A stretch of 32,000 nucleotides of DNA from NCBI RefSeq assembly GCF_022985615.1, contig NZ_CP094965.1, positions 124,327 through 156,326 of the forward strand. Direction: 5' to 3'. Of this stretch, positions 17,904-26,582 are shown one piece after another. The stretch is from Candidatus Karelsulcia muelleri (GTDB lineage: Bacteria > Bacteroidota > Bacteroidia > Flavobacteriales > Blattabacteriaceae). Under the pieces are notes generated by a model. It searched no databases. It saw nothing but the letters and a program-made list of their open reading frames with translations, and was not told where the DNA came from. Positions within the stretch are counted from its first letter, which is position 1. The number at the start of each line of letters is the position of its first letter. A program made the position numbers and the translations under genes.

Positions 17904-19580
17904 TTAAAAATATTTCTCTATATTATTTATATCTAATAAGAATAAGATTTTTTGTTTGAATTTTAATAAATTATCAATTTTTAATATTTGTTTTATTAGC
18001 TTCCTTATTGTTAAGGAAGCAATCTTTTGTTTTGTTTCTAATTTATAAAAATTATATATATTTTTATATATTAATTTTTCAATGATTTTATCATCTTGGT
18101 AAATATAAAGATCATATAATAACCTATATACATATATTTTTTTTAAAAACTTAGGAGAATAAGTAATTGAAATAGAATTTTCAAAACATTTTATTTTAAA
18201 ACCAAAATTAATTAAAATTTCTATAATTTTGGTTTTAGTTTTTTTAGTAAAAAATTTATTCAATTTAATATTTATCGGTGGGTATAATTTATAGATTTTG
18301 TGTTTTTTTATTTCTTTTTTAAACTTATCCTCTAAAATTATTTTATAGACTCTATCTTTATGAATAATTAAAACACCAAAATCTAAAAGACATAATATAT
18401 ATTTTTTATAGATCTTAAATTGGGTAAAATCCAGATCTATTTTCTTAAGATCTATTTTCTTAAGAAATATTTTATTAAGAAATATTTTCTTAAGAAATAT
18501 TTTATTAAGAAATTCTTGACAATTATTATTTAGGTTGCGGTTTTTTTCTTCTTTATCTTTTTTTTTAGAGTAAAACTTAAAAATATTCTGTAGGCCTAAA
18601 TATTCTTTAATTATTATATTTATATTTTTACAAATTTCTGACTCTGATTTAATGAGTATTTTGTTTTTGGATTGACAAATATTAATTTCAATTTGTTTGG
18701 TTGGAATAGTAAGAAATAAAAAATAATTTGGTTTATTAGTTTTGTTTATTAGACCGTTATAGGCTTTAATAATAGACTTGTGAATTCTTTTGTTTACTAC
18801 GTATCTATTATTAACAAACAAATAATAATTCTTAAATTGAGTATTAAAAAAACTTGTAGAAGTGATATATCCTTTTATAAGAAATAATTTATCTTTTTTA
18901 AAAACTTTGATTAAGACATTTTTATAATATTCGCCAAAAATTTTAATTATTCTATATTTTAGATTTGATTTTTTTAAACTGGTAATTATCTTATTATTAT
19001 GCATCATAACAAAATTAATATCAGGGTGTGAAAGAACTATCTTATTAAATTCTGATATGATATATCTTAATTCAATATGGGCAGATTTTAAAAAGTTTTT
19101 TCTATTGGGGAAATTGTAAAATAAGTTTTTCACATATATACTAGTACCATTTAATAAATTATTTAATAATACAGGGGGATATTTAAGCTTTTGATTTTCT
19201 AATGTTAAGAAGACTCCAAATTCTGATTTGGTTTTTTTAGTGTATATTTCTACCTGGCTAACTAAAGAAATATAGTATAAAGCTTCACCTCGAAAGCCTT
19301 TAGTATTTAGTGATTTGATATCTTTAAGAGAATATAATTTGGAAGTATAAAATCTCCTAATACTATTTTTCGCTTCTAAATGATTCATTCCATCACCATC
19401 ATCTATAACATTAATTAAATCTTTCCCACCATTCAATAATATCAATTTAATATTTTTTGAATGTGCATCAATTGAGTTTTCTAATAATTCTTTTACTACA
19501 GAAGCTGGTCTTTTAATTACATATCCTGCTGAAATTTTATTTGAATCTTGTGTGGGTAGAATTTTTATGGTATTTTTCAT
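17904..19580 (-). CDS. mutL: DNA mismatch repair protein MutL (motif-eroded)
   Basis: IKILPTQDSNKISAGYVIKRPASVVKELLENSIDAHSKNI...VIDDGDGMNHLEA...YTSKLYSLKDIKSLNTKGFRGEALYYISLVSQVEIYTK...NGTSIYVKNLFYNFPNRKNFLK. Clear GHKL/MutL architecture. Confidence 0.93.
   Translation of the reverse strand: MKNTIKILPTQDSNKISAGYVIKRPASVVKELLENSIDAHSKNIKLILLNGGKDLINVIDDGDGMNHLEAKNSIRRFYTSKLYSLKDIKSLNTKGFRGEALYYISLVSQVEIYTKKTKSEFGVFLTLENQKLKYPPVLLNNLLNGTSIYVKNLFYNFPNRKNFLKSAHIELRYIISEFNKIVLSHPDINFVMMHNNKIITSLKKSNLKYRIIKIFGEYYKNVLIKVFKKDKLFLIKGYITSTSFFNTQFKNYYLFVNNRYVVNKRIHKSIIKAYNGLINKTNKPNYFLFLTIPTKQIEINICQSKNKILIKSESEICKNINIIIKEYLGLQNIFKFYSKKKDKEEKNRNLNNNCQEFLNKIFLKKIFLNKIFLKKIDLKKIDLDFTQFKIYKKYILCLLDFGVLIIHKDRVYKIILEDKFKKEIKKHKIYKLYPPINIKLNKFFTKKTKTKIIEILINFGFKIKCFENSISITYSPKFLKKIYVYRLLYDLYIYQDDKIIEKLIYKNIYNFYKLETKQKIASLTIRKLIKQILKIDNLLKFKQKILFLLDINNIEKYF
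18436..18510. repeat. 15-bp x5 in-frame tandem array in the mutL linker
   Basis: tctattttcttaaga x2, then aatattttattaaga / aatattttcttaaga / aatattttattaaga. Encodes LNKIF-LKKIF-LNKIF-LKKID-LKKID on the minus strand. Confidence 0.95.
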
Positions 19581-19606
19581 AAGAACTCTATAAAAACAAA
19601 ACCAAA

Positions 19607-21088
19607 TTAAGATTTTAAACGCATTTGTGGAAAAAATAAGACCTCCTGAATATTTCTTTGATTAGTAAATAACATGATTAAACGATCAATCCCAAAGCCT
19701 ATACCACTACAAGGAGGCATACCATATTCTAATGAAAGAATAAAGTCTTTATCTATTAACATATTTTCAGATTCAACTTTATTATATAATTTAATTTGTC
19801 TTTTAAATCTCTTGAATTGATCAATTGGATCATTTAATTCTGAATAAGAATTCGCTATTTCAACACCATTAATTATTAATTCATATCTTTCAGATAAACC
19901 ATTTTTAAAGCGATGTTTTTTAGCTAATGGACTCATTTCAAGGGGAAAATCAATTATAAAAGTTGGTTGAATAATTTTTTTTTCACATTTTTGACTGAAT
20001 ATTTGATCGAGAAGTTGTCCTTTTTTCATCTTATTATCAATCTTCACATTTATTTCCTTACATATTTTTCTAATTTCAGTTTCAATAAGATTACTTAGGT
20101 CAAATCCAGTATAAATTTTAATAGCTTCAAAAAAAGTAATTTTTTTAAAGGGTGAAATCAAATGAAGAGATTGTTTGCCTACTTTGGCAAATTTTAAACA
20201 AATTTTTTGTAAAAACTTTTCAGTAAATTTCATCATCCAATAATAATCTTTATAGGCTACATATAATTCTAGAATTGTAAATTCTGGATTATGATTTTTA
20301 TCTATCCCCTCGTTTCTAAAATTTCTAGAAAATTCATAAACTTTTTCTAAACCTCCAACTAGTAATTTTTTTAAATATAATTCATTGGAAATTCTTAAAT
20401 AGAATGTACTTTTTAAGGTATTATGATATGTAATAAATGGTCTGGCAATAGCACCACCCGGAATGGCTTGTAAAATAGGAGTTTCAACTTCTAAATAATT
20501 TCTTTTATTTAAATAATTTCTTATAAAACTTATAATTTTAATACGTGTAAAAAATACAGTTTTAATTTCGTCATTAACGATCAAATCAACATATTTCATT
20601 CTATGTCGTTTTTCATTATTAGAAAAAGAATCAAAAGTATTTCCCGATTTATCTTTTTTTACGTTTGGTAAAGTATGTAGACATTTAGATAATAAATTTA
20701 TTTTTTTTGCATATACAGAAATTTGGTTATTTTTAGTTTTGAATAAATAACCTTTCAACCATATTATATCTCCGATATCTAAAAGTTTTTTTAAAAACAA
20801 ATTGTATATATTTTTGCCAGTATAAAAATTATTTATGGATATATAAATTTGTATCAAACCTTCTTTATCTTTTATTTCAATAAAAGAAGCCTTTCCCATT
20901 ATTCTAATTCTAATAATTCTACCAGCAACAATAACCTTTTTATTTTTTTTGTAATTATTAATTATTTTTTTTGAATTAGAATTTATTGGATATTCTTCAG
21001 AAGGATAAGGATTAATATTTATTTTGTTTAATTTTTTAAGCTTTTTTATTCTAATCAAATTTTGGTCATAAATACGCAAATTTCTCAT
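19607..21088 (-). CDS. lysS: Lysine--tRNA ligase (class II)
   Basis: VAGRIIRIRIMGKASFIEIKDKEGLIQIYI, RHRMKYVDLIVNDE, RNYLEVETPILQAIPGGAIARPFITYHN...LRISNELYLKKLLVGGLEKVYEFSRNFRNEGID..HNPEFTILE, GIGFGIDRLIMLFTNQRNIQEVLFFPQMR. Confidence 0.98.
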   Translation of the reverse strand: MRNLRIYDQNLIRIKKLKKLNKININPYPSEEYPINSNSKKIINNYKKNKKVIVAGRIIRIRIMGKASFIEIKDKEGLIQIYISINNFYTGKNIYNLFLKKLLDIGDIIWLKGYLFKTKNNQISVYAKKINLLSKCLHTLPNVKKDKSGNTFDSFSNNEKRHRMKYVDLIVNDEIKTVFFTRIKIISFIRNYLNKRNYLEVETPILQAIPGGAIARPFITYHNTLKSTFYLRISNELYLKKLLVGGLEKVYEFSRNFRNEGIDKNHNPEFTILELYVAYKDYYWMMKFTEKFLQKICLKFAKVGKQSLHLISPFKKITFFEAIKIYTGFDLSNLIETEIRKICKEINVKIDNKMKKGQLLDQIFSQKCEKKIIQPTFIIDFPLEMSPLAKKHRFKNGLSERYELIINGVEIANSYSELNDPIDQFKRFKRQIKLYNKVESENMLIDKDFILSLEYGMPPCSGIGFGIDRLIMLFTNQRNIQEVLFFPQMRLKS

Positions 21089-21094
21089 TAAAAG

Positions 21095-21126
21095 AATATT
21101 AAGACCTTGAAATATTAAGACCTTGA
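21095..21126. repeat. 16-bp perfect tandem duplication (x2)
   Basis: aatattaagaccttga at 21095-21110 and 21111-21126; includes the 3' acceptor bases of the tRNA. Confidence 0.95.
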
Positions 21127-21191
21127 AGGGAGTTGAACCCTTACTCTTCTGATCCGTAGTCAGATGCTTTATCCAATTAAGCTACAAGGCC
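21118..21191 (-). tRNA. tRNA-Arg (anticodon ACG)
   Basis: GGCCTTG-TA-GCTTAATTGGATAAAGC-A-TCTGA-CTACGGA-TCAGA-AGAGT-AAGGG-TTCAACT-CCCTT-CAAGGTC-T folds into a full cloverleaf with one G-U pair in the acceptor stem. Confidence 0.95.
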
Positions 21192-21314
21192 AAGGAGAGC
21201 TAGGGAAAAGGTTTCTAAATATAGACTTTCATAAAAAATAAAAAGTTAAAATACTACTTAGTAGTTAATTAGAAGTCTAGATTTAGATATTAAGAAAGAA
21301 AGAAAGAAAAAAAA

Positions 21315-22304
21315 ATGAAACCAATTACCAATGAAATATATTTGAAATGGTATAAAGATATGTCGTTTTGGAGAAAATTTGAAGAAAAATGCCGATCATT
21401 ATATTTAAAACAAAAAATAAGTGGCTTTCTCCATTTATATAGTGGTCAAGAGGCTATACCTGCCGGTATTACTTATGTGATGAATCTAAAAAAAGATAAT
21501 ATGATTACAGGGTATAGATGTCATATACTTGCTTTATCTATGGGAATAGACCCAAAAAAGGTTATGGCAGAATTATTTGGAAAAAAAACTGGAACTTCTT
21601 GTGGTTTAGGTGGATCGATGCATATATTTAGTAAAAAATATCGATTTTATGGTGGATATGGAATTGTAGGGGGACAAATACCATTAGGAGCAGGTATCGC
21701 CTTTGCTGATAAATACTTTAATAGAGAAGCAGTGACGGTGACGATTATGGGAGATGGTGCTATTTGGCAAGGGGCTTTACATGAAACCTTCAATATGTCC
21801 GTAATTTTAAAATTACCAGTAGTTTATATCTGCGAAAACAATAAATACGCAATGGGAACTTCAGTTAAAAAAAGTTCTTGTATTAAAAATATTTTCCAAC
21901 TTGGATTATCATACAATATGCCCTCTAAATCAGTAGACGGCAGTAGCCCATTTAAAATTGCTAAAGCAGTTGACAAAGCTATTCAAAGAGCTAAAACTGG
22001 AAAAGGACCTACTTTTTTAGAAATATTAACTTACAGATTCAGAGGCCATTCAATGTCTGATCCTGAAAGTTATAGAACAAGAGCTGAAGTAATAGAACAG
22101 AAAAAAAATGATCCAATTTTAAAAATTAAAAACAAAATATTAGAAAGAAAAATTATGACTAAAAAGTTATTAAAAGCCTTGGATTTAGAATTAATAAAAA
22201 AAATAGATGAATGTGTTGTATTTGCAGAAAATTCTGATTATCCACCCCAAAAAACTAGGTTTAATGTGGTTTATTCTCAAAAAAAATATCCTTTTTTAAA
22301 ATAA
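21315..22304 (+). CDS. pdhA: Pyruvate dehydrogenase E1 component subunit alpha
   Basis: LYSGQEAIPAGITYVM, MHIFSKKYRFYGGYGIVGGQIPLGAGIAFADKYF, VTIMGDGAIWQGALHETFNMSVILKLPVVYICENNKYAMGT, TYRFRGHSMSDPESYRT. Confidence 0.97.
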   Translation: MKPITNEIYLKWYKDMSFWRKFEEKCRSLYLKQKISGFLHLYSGQEAIPAGITYVMNLKKDNMITGYRCHILALSMGIDPKKVMAELFGKKTGTSCGLGGSMHIFSKKYRFYGGYGIVGGQIPLGAGIAFADKYFNREAVTVTIMGDGAIWQGALHETFNMSVILKLPVVYICENNKYAMGTSVKKSSCIKNIFQLGLSYNMPSKSVDGSSPFKIAKAVDKAIQRAKTGKGPTFLEILTYRFRGHSMSDPESYRTRAEVIEQKKNDPILKIKNKILERKIMTKKLLKALDLELIKKIDECVVFAENSDYPPQKTRFNVVYSQKKYPFLK

Positions 22305-22321
22305 AAGTCCAAGTAACAAAA

Positions 22322-23416
22322 ATGGCAGAGATAATTTACATGCCACGTTTAAGTGATACTATGAAAGAAGGTACAATAGTAAAATGGTATAAAAAAGTAG
22401 GAGAAAAAGTATTAAATGGAGAAATTTTAGCAGAAATAGAAACAGATAAAGCTATTCAAGAATTTGAATCCGAATATAAGGCTACTCTTCTCTATATAGG
22501 AGTTAAAGAAGGAGAAAAAGCAAAAGTAAATGATATTTTGGCTATTATGGGTGAAAGAAATGAAAATATAGATTATTTAATAAAGAAGAATAAGAATAAA
22601 AAAATTTTAGTATCCCCATTAGCAAAAAAAATAGCTTTAGAAAAAGGTATCAAATTAAAAACCTTAAAAGGAAGTGGACCAAAAAACAGAATTGTTAAAA
22701 AAGACATAATAAAAAGTATCAAAACAAAAAATAATAAAAAATATAAAATTAAAAATATTTCTAATATAAGGAAAATCATTAGTGAACGCTTATTAAAATC
22801 AAAAAAGATTTCTCCACATTATTATTTATTTATCGAAATTCCTGCAGATAATTTAATAAGATTTAAAAAATATATTAATAAAAAATATACTAGTAAAATT
22901 TCTTTTAATGATTTAATAGTGAAAGCTACTGCTTTATCACTTAAAAAAAATCAAAAAATAAATTCTTCATTGAAGAAAGAAAGGATTATATATCACAAAG
23001 ATATTAATATAGGTATTGCTGTTTCCTTACCGGAAGGACTAATTGTACCGGTAATAAATACCGTGGAAAAAAAATCTTTAATAAAAATTTCCAAAGAAAT
23101 AAAAGAAAAAATAAAAAGATATAGAAATAAAAAAATTTCTAACAATGAATTAGAAGGAAGTACTTTTACAATTTCTAATTTAGGTATGTTTGGGATAGAT
23201 TGTTTTACTTCTATAATAAATCAACCTAATTCGAGTATTTTATCAGTAGGAAGTATTCAAAGAAAACCTATAGTTGATAAAAACAAAATAAAAATAGGAA
23301 ATACTATTAAATTTACTTTAGCTTGTGATCATAGAATTATAGATGGTGTAATAGGTAGTACCTTTTTACTTACTTTAAAAGAATACTTATTAGAACCAAT
23401 TACTATGTTAATTTAA
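22322..23416 (+). CDS. pdhC: Pyruvate dehydrogenase E2 (dihydrolipoamide acetyltransferase)
   Basis: Lipoyl domain MPRLSDTMKEGTIVKWYKKVGEKV...EIETDKAIQEFES; PSBD VSPLAKKIALEKGIKL; catalytic CDHRIIDGVIG. Confidence 0.95.
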   Translation: MAEIIYMPRLSDTMKEGTIVKWYKKVGEKVLNGEILAEIETDKAIQEFESEYKATLLYIGVKEGEKAKVNDILAIMGERNENIDYLIKKNKNKKILVSPLAKKIALEKGIKLKTLKGSGPKNRIVKKDIIKSIKTKNNKKYKIKNISNIRKIISERLLKSKKISPHYYLFIEIPADNLIRFKKYINKKYTSKISFNDLIVKATALSLKKNQKINSSLKKERIIYHKDINIGIAVSLPEGLIVPVINTVEKKSLIKISKEIKEKIKRYRNKKISNNELEGSTFTISNLGMFGIDCFTSIINQPNSSILSVGSIQRKPIVDKNKIKIGNTIKFTLACDHRIIDGVIGSTFLLTLKEYLLEPITMLI

Positions 23417-23929
23417 TTTAGTAAGTAATCTTTTTTTGTTTTTAGGAATCTTTTTTAAGAACTCTATTCCATTATTTTTAAATTCGAAAATAATGTTTTT
23501 AATACCATTTGTAAGAACGAGATATTGGCTTTTGAATCTCAAATAATATTTCATTATTTGATCAAAAGATTTAGATGAAATCTTTACTTCAGGAGATTTA
23601 CATTCAACCATTATAAATGGTCTTTTTTTTTTAAGAACTAGAATATCTATCCGATTTTTAATATTATAAAAAGTTGAATGGAATTCGACATATATTTCAT
23701 GAACATTATAGCCTCTATTTTTTATTAGATAATAAATTATCTTTTGTCTCACTAATTCTTCTTTAGTTAAAAGATAATATTTTTTTCTAATTAAGCAAAA
23801 AACGTACATTTTACCGTTAAATGTTTTTATCTTATTTTTTATATTACATTTATTCAATAGCTTGTAATTTCTTTTTTTTATATGATTATGATTAATCTTA
23901 CAAATATTAAAATTAAAGAAATTAAACAA
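23408..23929 (-). CDS. HsdR_N-like (PD-(D/E)xK-type) small conserved Bacteroidota protein; true start may be internal
   Basis: The translation in the track reads from the minus strand (TTG codon at 23929). FCLIRKKYYLLTKEELVRQKIIYYLIKNRGY...RIDILVLKKKRPFIMVECKSPEVKISSKSFDQIMKYYLRFKSQYLVLTNG resembles the type I restriction R protein N-terminal domain family found next to holA in Flavobacteria. Confidence 0.75.
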   Translation of the reverse strand: MFNFFNFNICKINHNHIKKRNYKLLNKCNIKNKIKTFNGKMYVFCLIRKKYYLLTKEELVRQKIIYYLIKNRGYNVHEIYVEFHSTFYNIKNRIDILVLKKKRPFIMVECKSPEVKISSKSFDQIMKYYLRFKSQYLVLTNGIKNIIFEFKNNGIEFLKKIPKNKKRLLTKLN

Positions 23930-24736
23930 ATTTCTCTTTTTATAGGTGAAGAAGAATATCTTATAAAAGAATATATAGAAGAGATAGAGAATCTTTTAAA
24001 GAACAGGATTCTAAATATATTATAGAAGTAAAAGAAGAAGATAGAATAACCAATATTTTACACTCTTACTCTATTTAAAGAATATAAGTTAATTATTCTT
24101 AAAAATTCGTAAGATCTAAATCTAAGCTTAGATAACTTAGAAAAATTACTAAAAAAGACCTCGAAAAGAAATATTTTCATTTTTTGTATTAATTTCGTAA
24201 TTCACTCACGAAATTTATAATTTTATAATTTTATTAAAAAAAACACAAATAACAACATAGAAATTATAAATAATAAAAAATTAACTTTTGGTGAAATTTT
24301 GTATTTAGTAAAAAGAAAAATAAAAAAAATAGGCTTAAAGATAAATGAAATAACAGTAAAAAAAATGATACAATCTGTTGATTCCAATTTATTTATGCTT
24401 GAAAATGAGTTAAAAAAAATAAGATTTAATAATATTAATAATATAGCTGACAATTATAATTATAAACTTCTTCATAATGAATTTAAAATAATTTTAAAGA
24501 TGCTTGAAGTCCACCCCCTAACTTTAATCTTAAATAAGATATATAAACTATACTTAGAAAAAGTTATGACTTATAATAATAATGAAGAAAAATTTAATAA
24601 AATAGCTAATTTAGTTTTTCTGCTAAAAGAAGCAGAGAAAAAAAATAAGAGCTATTTTTTAAAAAAGGAAGAAATAATGAAAGAACTAATTTATAAAATA
24701 TGTCAAATAGAGAAAGAGAAATCTTTGATTGTATAA
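23882..24736 (+). pseudogene. holA: DNA polymerase III subunit delta, multiply frameshifted
   Basis: Three separate pieces in different frames. (1) MIMINLTNIKIKEIKQISLFIGEEEYLIKEYIEEIENLL. (2) FKEYKLIILKNS*DLNLSLDNLEKLLKKTSKRNIFIFCI around 24075-24190. (3) LVKRKIKKIGLKINEITVKKMIQSVDSNLFMLENELKKIRF...HPLTLILNKIYKLYLEKVM (24299-24736). Order and content match HolA; located divergent from the HsdR_N gene. Confidence 0.75.
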
Positions 24737-25641
24737 TTATAGGAGGTGGTCCAGCAGGATATACGGCAGCCATTTATTTAGCTCGTGCAGAAATAAAACA
24801 CCTTCTTTTTACAGGCTTTAAACCAGGTGGACAATTGATATCAACTAATAAAATAGAAAATTATCCTGGTTTTCCTGATGGGATATCTGGTTACAAATTA
24901 ATGGAATCTTTTAAAGCCCAAAGCGAAAACTTCGGGACTAAGGTAAAAGATAATAGTGTAGTAAAAATTAATTTTAATATAATAAAAAATTGGCATGAAA
25001 TTATCTTAGATAATTCTTTAAAAATAAAAACCAAAACACTAATTATAGCGACTGGAGCTTCTCCTAGATATTTAAATATTGAGAATGAAAAAAAATTAAT
25101 TGGAAAGGGTATTTATACATGTGCAAATTGTGATGGCTTTTTTTTTAAAGGGAAAAAAGTAGCAGTAATTGGTGGAGGGGATAAAGCAGCAGAAGAATCT
25201 ATTTATTTAGCTAATATTTGTAAAAAAGTATATCTAATAATAAGAGATAAAAAAATGAAAGCTTCAAAAATTATGCAAAAAAAAGTTTTAAACATTAAAA
25301 ATGTTGAAATATTTTATTATCATAAAGTTATAAAAATAATTGGAGAAAAAAAAATAAAAGCGATTTTTTGTAAAAACAGAAAAAATAATAATAATTACTT
25401 ATTTAAGGTGGCAGCTCTTTTTTTAGCTATTGGGCAAATTCCAAATAGTCTTATTTGTAAACCAAATCTAAAATTAGATAAATCTGGATATATAATTACA
25501 AAATATACAATTACTAATATTCCTGGAATATTTGCAGCAGGAGATGTGCAAGACACAAGATATCGACAAGCAATCACCTCAGCTGGATCTGGTTGTATGT
25601 CTGCAATAGAGGTAGAAAAATACCTTATTAAAGTTCAATAA
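24700..25641 (+). CDS. trxB: Thioredoxin reductase
   Basis: FDCIIIGGGPAGYTAAIYLARAEI, GGQLISTNKIENYPGFPDGISGYKLM, CANCDG (CxxC), VAVIGGGDKAAEESIYL, GIFAAGDVQDTRYRQAITSAGSGCMSAIEVEKYL. Confidence 0.96.
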   Translation: MSNREREIFDCIIIGGGPAGYTAAIYLARAEIKHLLFTGFKPGGQLISTNKIENYPGFPDGISGYKLMESFKAQSENFGTKVKDNSVVKINFNIIKNWHEIILDNSLKIKTKTLIIATGASPRYLNIENEKKLIGKGIYTCANCDGFFFKGKKVAVIGGGDKAAEESIYLANICKKVYLIIRDKKMKASKIMQKKVLNIKNVEIFYYHKVIKIIGEKKIKAIFCKNRKNNNNYLFKVAALFLAIGQIPNSLICKPNLKLDKSGYIITKYTITNIPGIFAAGDVQDTRYRQAITSAGSGCMSAIEVEKYLIKVQ

Positions 25642-25849
25642 CCAACCTTATTAAAGTTCAATAAAGAATATAAAAGAAAAAATAAAAGAAAAAATAAATA
25701 TTAGATACTTTATTAGATACTTAGAAGTTTTCTTTTCTTATCATGGATTAAGTACAAACAAACAAACATAACAAAGTACAAATAAACAAACAAACATAAC
25801 ATAACATAACATAAGTAAGTAAGTACAAACAAGTAAGTAAAGTACAAAC

Positions 25850-25921
25850 ATTATTTACATTTTTAATTCTTTTATTATTTACATTTTTAATTCTTTTATT
25901 ATTTACATTTTTAATTCTTTT
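25850..25921. repeat. 24-bp perfect tandem repeat (x3)
   Basis: attatttacatttttaattctttt at 25850-25873, 25874-25897 and 25898-25921. Confidence 0.95.
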
Positions 25922-25933
25922 TTCTTTTACAAA

Positions 25934-26145
25934 TAGCAGTTAGCTGCTAATCAGCAGTTAGCTGCTTATCAGCAGTTAGCAGCAGTTAGTTAGCAGCAGT
26001 TAGCTGCTAATCAGCAGTTAGCAGCAGTTAGTTAGCAGCAGTTAGCTGCTAATCAGCAGTTAGTTAGCAATCGTTAGCTAATGCTAATCAATCAATCAGC
26101 AAGCAGTTTGCTAATCAATCAATCAGTTAGTTAGCTAATGCTAAG
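25934..26145. repeat. Hairpin-rich AGCAGTTAG/CTGCTAATCAGCAG repeat block with a 42-bp x2 perfect tandem
   Basis: The 42-bp unit cagcagttagcagcagttagttagcagcagttagctgctaat lies at 25970-26011 and 26012-26053. CTGCT-AATC-AGCAG inverted repeats recur throughout. Confidence 0.93.
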
Positions 26146-26582
26146 TTTTAATAAGTATTTCTTAAAAAAGATATTTATTATTTTATTATTTATTACTTTT
26201 ATATTAAAAAAAGTTTTTTAGCGATTATTAATAAATTGTTGTAAACTAGGATCTTTATTAGGACTTACTTACTTGTGTTTACAGTAACTTGTTTTTACAG
26301 TAACTTACTTGTGTTTACAGTAAATTGCCTTCATTTTATTCCAAAGTATTTTTTTTAAAAGCTATTATTTTAAATAAATTCTTAAAAAGATCTCTTTTTT
26401 AAATTATTATTTTTTAATTATTAATTATTAGAAAGTTTATTTCTATTTCTTATATAAGAAGAGAAAATATATAGAAATAATTCTGATAATAAGATAAAAT
26501 ATCAATAAACAATTGTAAATAACATTTTTTGTTTTCTTTATAATATTTTTTTCTTTTTCTTTATCTTTTCGTTTCATTTATC

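Noticed and set aside
23408-23929. Type I restriction-modification system
   Set aside because: Only a small HsdR_N-like domain protein is present, with no helicase motor, HsdM or HsdS. It more likely belongs to the stand-alone Bacteroidota family adjacent to holA.
24223-24453. 76-aa minus-strand ORF (MSAILLILLNLIFF...)
   Set aside because: Antisense to the holA remnant; the hydrophobic composition is expected from AT-rich antisense.
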